From: an uncultured Bifidobacteriaceae bacterium
GTDB lineage: Bacteria; Bacteroidota; Bacteroidia; Chitinophagales; UBA10324
Length of the DNA: 49,366 bases
Direction of reading: 5' to 3'
Assembly (NCBI GenBank): GCA_964424455.1
Contig: CAYRJA010000004.1
Coordinates: 19,858-69,223 of the forward strand
Part shown: one piece after another, positions 39,376 to 48,400 of the stretch
How the letters are laid out: each line of letters opens with the position of its first letter
How positions within the stretch are numbered: position 1 is the first letter of the stretch
Notes under the pieces: model-generated
What the model was told of the DNA's origin: nothing
The model's input: only the letters and a program-made list of their open reading frames with translations
Database searches by the model: none
Translations under genes and position numbers: made by a program

Positions 39376-41172
39376 TTACTGTTTCACAACAGGTTGAATA
39401 GCCATTGTAGCGGCAGTCTTGATTTTCACAAAATACATTCCGCTTGCCAGCCCGGAAACATTTATCTGAAGAGTTTTACTCTGACCATTACTGAATTGCA
39501 GTGCAACAGATTTTCCCAACAGGTCTGTCACTTCTACAGATTCAATATTCAGATTTCCTGATTTAGCGCTTACGATAATATTATCTGTAACAGGATTAGG
39601 AAATACTGTCCATTGATTTTGTGATTCAATAGATCGGATTCCGGTCATCAGCACATCAATGCAGGTGGTGAAAGAGCAGTTAGAACCGTTTTTAGCATCC
39701 AAACAAACATGCCAGTTGCTTAGTGAAGCGTAAGTATGCGAAGGATTTATTTCAGCGCTGGTTACACCATCTCCAAAATTCCAATGGTAAGCATTAGCGC
39801 CGGTGCTGGTATTGGTGAAGTTTACTGTATTTCCTGAAACAGTATAGGTGAACGCTGCATTAGGCGATGGCTGTACTACTATCGCGTAAGGAGTAGCAGA
39901 AGTAGCTGCACAACTACCACTTCCTGCTTTTACTTTGTAATAAGTGGTTTGTGTGGGAAGGGCAACATAGCTGTTGTTGGTTTCGCCTGATACATCAGTA
40001 AACGGACCTGATGAAGAAGTGGAAGACTGCCACTGGATATTTCCGATAGCGCCGGAAACGTTTAACATGGCAGGTGTAGTTTCGCAGATGGTATCGTTTA
40101 CGGCGGAGATAGTGCCTGCATTTCCCACTGATGTTATGGTTAAGTTAATTCCATTGTCGCTGCCGGTAGTAGCCGGGCTGGAAGCCACTACTCTTATTCT
40201 GTATCCTGTTCCGGCAGTAGTTCCTCCCGGAATGTTAACCGTAATCGGACTGGCAGCGCCGCTGCCGATAAGTGTGCCGTTACCCGGTTGAAAAACTCCG
40301 TTTTCATCAGAAAGATAAACTGAAAAAGTATTGCCTCCGTTAAAAGTTCCGGTAGTGGTGAATGGAACTGTAACAGAGCCGCCTGCACAAAACGGGCTGC
40401 CGGTAATGGTGCCGGTTGTTACAGTTGGTGTACTTCCTCCGCCTGCTGATTCAATTACTATATCATCAATGGCAAATGAAGGGTCGAGCGGACCGCTGCC
40501 GCCTGATTTATTTTGCCACAGGAATCCGAAACGGAGAGTCGGTTGATTATCAAAAACCGGAAGAGAAATAGATTGTTGTGTCCATGTATCCTGATTGATA
40601 TAATCGGAAATCGGGCTGGTAAGTTGTATCCATGCATTCCCGCCATCTATGCTGTAGTAAACTTTTCCAAAACAGGTAGTGCTGCCATGGCAGAGCCACC
40701 AGAATTTTAGTGTAACAGAAGTTTTCCCGACTGTGTTTACATCTGAACTCATCTTTGCAAAATTATTTTCATTAGGCACGCATATTCCATCGGCAACTTG
40801 CCACGATGCACAGTAAATGTTGGCATTGGGTCCTGCCGACAGATCAAGAATATGCATATAGTGGCTCTTGGGAAAACCCGCTATGGCAGCAGGTTCATCA
40901 GGTGTGTTTTTACTATTATAGTTAATAGTATAAGGCATAGGAAAACCTCCAATAATGCAGGAACCGCTTCCGCTGCCGGTACCTCCTGTATATTTGTCGT
41001 TAATTGCCCACGCATTTTTCCCCGATGCCACACATCCTAAGTCGGTGGAGTTCATGGTAATTTTTGATGAAGATCCGGAATTAAAATTTTCTGACCAAAG
41101 TGTTGTCTGTGCCGAAGCGAAATAAACTGTTACAGCAGAAAAAACGAGTGTGAGTAGAAATTTAAATTTCAT
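39376..41172 (-). CDS. T9SS type-A cargo protein, paralog 2
   Basis: Same architecture as 36620-38965 without the two duplicated Ig-like modules. Signal peptide ASA-Q, WSENFN...AIDDIVI, PKD, CTD LASGMYFVKI. Confidence 0.9.
   Translation of the reverse strand: MKFKFLLTLVFSAVTVYFASAQTTLWSENFNSGSSSKITMNSTDLGCVASGKNAWAINDKYTGGTGSGSGSCIIGGFPMPYTINYNSKNTPDEPAAIAGFPKSHYMHILDLSAGPNANIYCASWQVADGICVPNENNFAKMSSDVNTVGKTSVTLKFWWLCHGSTTCFGKVYYSIDGGNAWIQLTSPISDYINQDTWTQQSISLPVFDNQPTLRFGFLWQNKSGGSGPLDPSFAIDDIVIESAGGGSTPTVTTGTITGSPFCAGGSVTVPFTTTGTFNGGNTFSVYLSDENGVFQPGNGTLIGSGAASPITVNIPGGTTAGTGYRIRVVASSPATTGSDNGINLTITSVGNAGTISAVNDTICETTPAMLNVSGAIGNIQWQSSTSSSGPFTDVSGETNNSYVALPTQTTYYKVKAGSGSCAATSATPYAIVVQPSPNAAFTYTVSGNTVNFTNTSTGANAYHWNFGDGVTSAEINPSHTYASLSNWHVCLDAKNGSNCSFTTCIDVLMTGIRSIESQNQWTVFPNPVTDNIIVSAKSGNLNIESVEVTDLLGKSVALQFSNGQSKTLQINVSGLASGMYFVKIKTAATMAIQPVVKQ
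39608..39984. repeat. 377-bp perfect direct repeat, copy 2 (inside T9SS paralog 2)
   Basis: Identical to 36852-37228. Confidence 0.92.
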
Positions 41173-41288
41173 GACTGATATTTTTTATAAAGTGAAAGAA
41201 TGAGTATTTCAGGGATGTAAAATACAATTATTAAGTATTAACAAAATAATCTTTTATTTACATGTTGGGTGCTTGTCATCACCTTTTC

Positions 41289-41591
41289 TGTCATTCCGAT
41301 GAAGGAAGCATCCGAACATTCATCGTGTCATTCCGACGAAGGAGGAGTCCAAACATTTAACAAACGGATTCCTCGCTGCGCTCATTCTCCCTGTCATGCT
41401 GACGAAGGAAGCATCCGCATATTTAATGATGAGATCCCTCGCTGCGCTCGGCATAACAGCGTTGAAGAAAGAGGCGCAAGTGAAAAACACTTGTGCCAGC
41501 GGGGAGTCTTGCATTAAGCGCAATTTGCAATTTGTAATTTTTCAATTTGCAATTAGCCCTGAACAGATTCCTCGCTACGCTCGGAATGACA
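41289..41591. repeat. REP/REPIN cluster B
   Basis: TGTCAT-type units at 41289, 41326 and 41392. Inverted units at about 41365 (truncated), 41432 and 41564. Hairpin at 41473-41497 and short CAATTTG heptamers at 41521-41556. Confidence 0.9.
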
Positions 41592-41938
41592 GCCACTGTT
41601 CATATCTTAATCGGATAAACATTTGGTTTTATGAAAAATGTACCTACTTTTAACGCATCATCAAAAGTGAATTTTTACTTTTTACTTTTTTTGAACATTA
41701 ATTTTAAATAAAATACTGAATGAAATAAACCTTTTACACTCTCAATTTCTTTACTGCCTTTATTTTATCTGAATATACTTCTAACCCTTTAAAAAAATTG
41801 GTAAGGCGATTTTGCGGGTAACAGGAAAAATATTTTTTTGAATTAAACAAAAGACTTAAATACTCTTTTAATGAAGCAACTCTACACAAGTTCTTTCACC
41901 ACTGCACATTTCCCTGCTTGTGTTATTCCATTCAACAC

Positions 41939-42208
41939 TGTCATCCCGAACGCAGTGAGGGATCTCATCATTAAATATACAGATGCTTCCTTCGTCAGCA
42001 TGACAATGAGAGTGAGCGGATTCCTCCTTCGTCGGAATGACAGTAATAATAAACAGATTCCTCGCTGCGCTCCTTACTCTCTCTGTCATTCCGACGAAGG
42101 AGGAATCTCAACATTCAACAAACAGATTCCTCGCTGCGCTCGGAATGACAAAAACAATAGACGGATTCCTCGCTATGCTCGGAATGACAGCGAAAAACAG
42201 AATGACAG
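41939..42208. repeat. REP/REPIN cluster C
   Basis: Seven units plus a remnant, including a complete 67-nt doublet at 42084-42150 and a 67-nt doublet at 41939-42005 that is inverted relative to 41392-41458. Confidence 0.9.
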
Positions 42209-42250
42209 TGTCGTCAATCTTTCAATTTTCAATCATTCAATCATTCAATT

Positions 42251-42390
42251 CACAACTCATAATTCACAACTCATAATTCACAACTCATAATTCATAATTC
42301 ATAACTCATAACTCATAACTCACAACTCATAACTCACAACTCACAACTCATAATTCATAATTCATCACTCATAATTCATCATTCATAATC
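42251..42390. repeat. Heptamer microsatellite, 20 units, consensus CA(T/C)AA(C/T)T
   Basis: 140 nt parse exactly into CACAACT/CATAATT/CATAACT/CATCACT/CATCATT/CATAATC units, preceded by degenerate CAATCATT octamers at 42215-42250. Confidence 0.95.
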
Positions 42391-42453
42391 CCCCCTCTAC
42401 CCATGAAACCGAATTTCTTCTCTTTTCCATTCATAACTAAAACCCTCAACACC

Positions 42454-45400
42454 ATGAACTACTTTTCTACAACCGCTGCAAGGTTCAGCCGATTCTTTAC
42501 AGTACTGATTGCACTGTTTTGCTTATTCTCCTCTAACGCTTCTGCTCAATCTGCAGCGCCTTATTGCAATTTTCAGGTACTATCTTTTTTGGGTATTTAT
42601 GGTTATGATAATGCCTCGGGCAATAATTTTTACATAACCAACATCTCCATGTCCGGTGCAGGGGTGGTTTCTCAGGACTTTGCCGGAGCTACCGGCTCGG
42701 GTGCAGCCATGCCTTCTGTCGGATACAACCAGCGTACATTTCTTGCTAAAGGCGCTACGGTTACCCAGGGGCAGAATATTGCCTTTAGTGTAACTACACC
42801 GGCAGGAAGTTATAACAGGTATATCCGCATATATGTTGACTGGAATAAGGACAATGATTTTGTTGATCCGGGAGAGCTTCTATTTACCTCCGCTTCCGGT
42901 CAGGGTACTTACAATTCTACCTCCTACACAGTACCTTTTACCACGCCGGGGGCATACCGGATGAGGATAACTTCTGTTTATGATGGCAGTGGTAGCAATG
43001 TTTGCGGCTCAGGCGGATCCGGGGGACATCAAGGGGGTGCATGGGATTATACCCTTACGGTTAATGCGGCTGCGGCATGTTCAGGCACGCCTGCATCCTA
43101 CGCGGTATCGCCCGCTTCTGCAAGTATTTGCCCTTCTGCCACCACCGCCATTACGGTAACCACGGATGCAAGCGGTTTTACCTTTCAGTGGCAGCAATCC
43201 AATGCATCGGGAGGTCCTTATGTAAATGCATCAGGCGGTTCCGGCGCAACAACAGCTACCTATACTACGCCCACCGGTAGTTCGCTGCCTTACGCCACTA
43301 CTTATTACAGATGCAATGTTACCTGTAGCAATTCAGGGGTGACTACTGCTTCTCAGGAATCAACAATAAGTCAAAACTCATTTCTCAATTGTTATTGCAT
43401 GCCTTCATTTGCTGCCGCAAACAGCGGTACAAGAGGAATTACTCAGGTACAATTAAACGGTACCCCGGTTATTAACCAAACCTCAACTTGCAATAATACC
43501 TCTCCTTATTATACCCTTTATTCAACCCCCCAAGCCGGATTGTCTGTAAATGGCAATTATACCCTTCAGGTAAAAGTAGGAACTCAAAGTAATGCCTATC
43601 ATGGGGCAGGCGCATGGATAGATTATAACCAGAACGGAGTATTTGAATCAAGTGAATATATTGGAGGGTTCGGTCAGAAAGCAGCAAACTCTACCACCAC
43701 TATATCCTTTACAGTACCCGGCACTGCCCTTCCGGGTGTTACAGCGATGCGGGTAGTCGGGCGGTATATGAATAACGCTACTCCCGTAACTTCAGGACAG
43801 GCGTGCGCTTCTTTTACTGGTACTGCGAATGCAGGTGGCGCCGGTGAAACCGAAGACTACCGCGTAAATATTGCAGCGGGCTGCTCTGCGCCTGTAACTT
43901 CGGCGAGCAGTTTCGGCTCTTCCAATCTGATGCCTACTACGGCAACTATTTCCTTTAACCGCGGCAGCGGCGATGGGGGAGTACTGGTGCTGGCGCGCGC
44001 AGGCGGGGCAGTGAATGCCTCTCCCGTGTCGGGCACTACCTACACCGGTAATCCCGCCTTTGGCAGCGGCAGTCTGATTGGAATAGATAATCGGGTAGTG
44101 TATAACGGCAACGCCGCCGGTACGGTGAATGTAAACCTTACCGCGCTGACTAACAACACTACTTACTATTTCGCAGTGTATGAATACAACGCAGCCGGTA
44201 CTTGTTACAAATTAACCAGTCCGCTAACAGGTTTCTTAACCACTCCTATCTGTACGCCTCCTGTTACTCAGGTGAGTAATGTAACGGCGCCTTCGCCGGG
44301 TACTGTTTCCGCCACCATGAACTGGACGGCAGGCAGCGGAAATAAAACACTCATTATATTAAGAGCCGGCTCAGCCGTCAGCGGCGATCCGGCGCAAACC
44401 ACCGGCTACACCGGCAACCTTTCTTTTGGTTCGGGCAGTGCGCTGGGTTCGGGCTATGTGGTATTTGGCAGCAACGGAGCGGACAATGCCGCTACCGCTA
44501 CTATTACTAATCTGTTGCCCAGCACTACTTATTACTATGCAGTGTATTCTTATAATTCCGGTACCAATTGCTATAAAATTCCCGGAGTTACCGGCAGTTT
44601 TACTACTGCATCCTGTTCGCCTACGGTTCAGCCATCGAACCTGTCGGTATTCTGTCCTGAGCATGATAAAATGACACTGAACTTCGACCGCGGCAATGGC
44701 GCACGGGTGATAGTGCTGGCAAAAGCCGGCTCGGCGGTAGATGCTGACCCTGTTTTCAACCAGAGTTATATCGGCAATCCCGCCTTTCAAAGTGGCAGCC
44801 AGATTGGAACAGGTAATTGGGTGGTGTATGACGGTAATACCGCCGGCACGGTATCCGTACCGCTTACCAATTTAGCGAACGGCACTACTTATTATTTTAG
44901 AATGTATGAATACAATACTGCGCCCAACTGCTATAACTATACTGCGCCTCCTACTCTCAGCCAGGCAACACAAAGCGGAGGTGTTTATACTTCTTCCACA
45001 GTTACCCAAAACACGGCTACGGTATTGCCCGGCGATATCTATAAAGATGTTGTAGGACTTCAGGTGGTGATAAGCGGAGGCACCGATCCGGCTGCGGTGG
45101 TTAATTCCATTACATTCAACACCACAGGTACTACCAATGCAGCGGATATTGATTTTGCAAGAATATATTTTACCGGCACATCTTCTACTTTTTCTGCTGC
45201 TACTCAGTTTGGCAGTACCATTGCCAACCCATCCGGTTCGCATACGGTAACAGGCAACATGGCTTTGGCTGCCGGAACCAACTACTTCTGGGTGGCTTAT
45301 GATGTGGATGCCGCTGCCGCTAATGGAAATGTGCTGGATGCACAGGTTACTTTATTTAACCTGACCGACTTTGGCGGAACCAGTAACCGGACACCCAGCC

Positions 45401-48400
45401 CGACTTCTCCCGCAGGAACAAGGACTATTCAATCAACGCAGACCTATTGTGCGCCGGATGCAAGATGTAACTTTGGCGGGTGTAACACCTCTTGTTGCCA
45501 GGGTGAGCAAATAACAAGTCTTAATTTCGGCAGTGGAAACTTTATTGCCGGCTATACCTGTCATGACCAGGATGCTGATAAGGGCTATGATAATCTTACT
45601 GCCGGATATTCTGCTACGCTTGCACAGGGATCTACTTACACATTGTCTGAAGCCGATGCACAGTGGTTTAGTGTTGGATATGAATGGTGTGTATGGATTG
45701 ACTGGGATCAGGATGGTACTTTTGAAGCAAGTGAACGGTATCCATCCGGAACTACTAATATAGAAACTTATGGTTCATCGTCACAAAGTATTACTGTTCC
45801 GGGCAGTGCAACACCCGGAACCACAGTGATGAGAGTATGGTACCAGGAGATGAATTATGCTCCTAATGCTAATCCCTGCAGAACAACCCGGGGACCGTTA
45901 AGCACGAATATCGGGCAGGTGATAGATGTAACTATCAATGTTACAGGAGGCGGTGGTGGAGGTGGCGGTAATTCCGCCTGTACCACATTAGCGCCTGCGG
46001 TAACTACTCCGGTTACTTACACTCAGGGCGATGCAGCCGTTCCATTAACGGCAACCGGCAGTTCTTTACTATGGTACACAGCACCTTCCGGCGGAACAGG
46101 GTCAGGCACAGCGCCTACGCCATCCACCGGCACAGTAGGTACTGCATTCTACTATGTATCTCAGACTTCAGGATGCGAGGGTCCGCGTATTCAGATAGCG
46201 GTAAAAACCAATAAAGTTCCGTGTATTGCCAACTGTTCAGGCACTCCGCCAACCGCATCGGTATCCGCCAGTCCGGCATCGCACTGTGCTTCGGGAAGTT
46301 CTTCACTTTCTCTTACCGGCTTAGGCGGCGAACCCTACAGCTACCAGTGGGAAGATGCAAACAATGCAGGCGGTCCATGGACTACTATCAGCGGAGCTAC
46401 TGCCGCCACTTACAATACTCCGGTGTTGGGCGCTACCAAGTGGTACCGTTGTAAAGTAACCTGTGATGTATCGTCAGAAACCACTGCATCTAATGCCGGC
46501 AGTGTAACAGTTTATCCGGCTGCCTCTGTAAATGTTACTCCTTCCGCAGCAGATGCCTGCAGCGGCATACCCAAGAGCATGACGGCAAGCGGCGCCAGCA
46601 CATACACATGGTCGCCCGCAGCCGGGTTGAATGTTACTACGGGAACAACCGTAACGGCAACGATTAATGCAAGCGCTACCTATACAGTAACAGGCACCGA
46701 TGCCAACGGATGTACAGCTTCAGCAACCTCTGTACTGTCGGTGAACAATGCCTCGCCGGTATTTACTCCTTCGGCAGCATTCATCGCCATTGGCAGCAGC
46801 GCTAATCTGTCTGCTTCATTTGGCGGAGGCGCTAACTTTAGCTGGTCGCCATCCACCGGATTGGATGTGAATAATTCACCTAATGTAGTGGCAAGTCCTA
46901 CCACCACTACCACTTATACGGTTACTGTAACAGATGCCAACGGCTGTACTTATTCTTCATCTGTAAAAGTAACGGTCAACACGGGTACGCCGGGACAGGT
47001 AAGTTGCGGATATGCTTATTCGCAAACTACTACTCCCACCTGGACACCGCCGTCAGGAGGCACAGCGCTAACCATGTCGGATAATGCGGTTTACCCGAAC
47101 ATTCTTTTAGGATTTAATTTTGATTTCAATGGATTGATGTATAACCAGGTAGGTATCAGCACCAATGGATTCCTGTGGTTTGGAAGCACTAATCCTTCTG
47201 CTACTGAATATTTCCCGATTTCCACTAATACCGCATTGGAAGGAGCCATCTCAGTATTCGGTTACAACATGACTCCGGGGAATGGCGCAGCGCTGACTTA
47301 TCAGACGACCGGATCACCCGGCAGCAGAGTGTTTAGCGTATTATGGGATAATGTACGTGGCGTGGGAGGTGATGCCAATTCAAATATGAGTTTCTTCATT
47401 AATTTAGAAGAAGGAACAAACAAAATAAGCGTTCAGTATAATACAGGGAATGTGCAGGTTACTGATGAGTATGCAGCGCAGGTAGGTATTCGCGGCGCTT
47501 CCAACACGGATTTCAACAACCTGTCTGTACCTTGCAGCAGCGCCGGAACTTTTGGATGGGATGCCCCCACCAACGGAGGCGGCAACACCAATGTCTCAAC
47601 GGCTGTACTTGATTTGCAATGTGCTTCGGCAAATAACACTATCGGCTATATTACACCCAGGTTTTACAATAACTCACTTTGTAGTTTAAAAGATTTATAC
47701 CCATCCTATGGTTATTTCTGTTCGCAGGGAGTGTTCAACTGGACACCTACTATGACTACTCCTACTACCACTCCTGCAGGAACAAACAATCTGTGTGTGA
47801 ACACTAACTTCCCGTACACCGGTAACAACAGCAATCCTTCGCCAAGTTACCAGTGGCTGAAAGGAGGAGGAAATATAACCGGCGCTACTCAGAAAGATTA
47901 CACGGCTAATGAGTCCACACCGGGTACTTACTACTATGCGCTGAAAGTAACCAGCAACAGTTGCACCCGTTATTCTTATGTAACTACCGGCGTGGTGAAC
48001 CCACTTCCGGGCTTACCTCAGGGCTTGAGTAATCAGGCACGCTGCGATGACGGGAATGTTACCTTCACGGTAACCAACCCGGGTGCCGGATTTGAAATTC
48101 AGTGGTCCAGTGATGGAACAAATAATGATTTAGGAACAGGATTGTCTATTGTGCGGAATGTTACAGTAGTAACAAGTCCTATAAGCGTTTGGGCAAGAAT
48201 CCACAATATATCAACAGGGTGCAACGGTAGTTGGTTGGCGGCTAGCGGAGTAGCTAATCCGCTGCCGGTAATAAGCGCTACGGCTTCTCCTAATCAGGTT
48301 TGTTACGGAGATGTCAGTACTCTGACAGCTACAGGCGATGCGGTTAATTATACATGGAAACCGGTAGAGACGGTTACACATCCTATCGGTACGCCTACCT

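Noticed and set aside
36852-39984. 377-bp repeat pair as a diversity-generating retroelement TR/VR
   Set aside because: There are no mismatches inside the tract, flanking differences are synonymous rather than adenine-specific, both copies are coding, and there is no reverse transcriptase in the window.
39097-42208. Repeat clusters as a CRISPR array
   Set aside because: The units alternate in orientation, spacers are irregular and often related to each other, and no cas gene or leader is present. The pattern fits REP/REPIN.
39099-42290. Short ORFs in the track over 39.1-39.6, 41.3-41.7 and 41.9-42.3 kb
   Set aside because: They are translations of the REP units (VIPNAARNL, CHSDEGG, QIPRCARND) and of the heptamer array, not genes.
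45946-45969. Gly8 codon run as a phase-variable SSR
   Set aside because: The codons are mixed (GGA/GGC/GGT) and in triplet phase, so this is a selected flexible linker.
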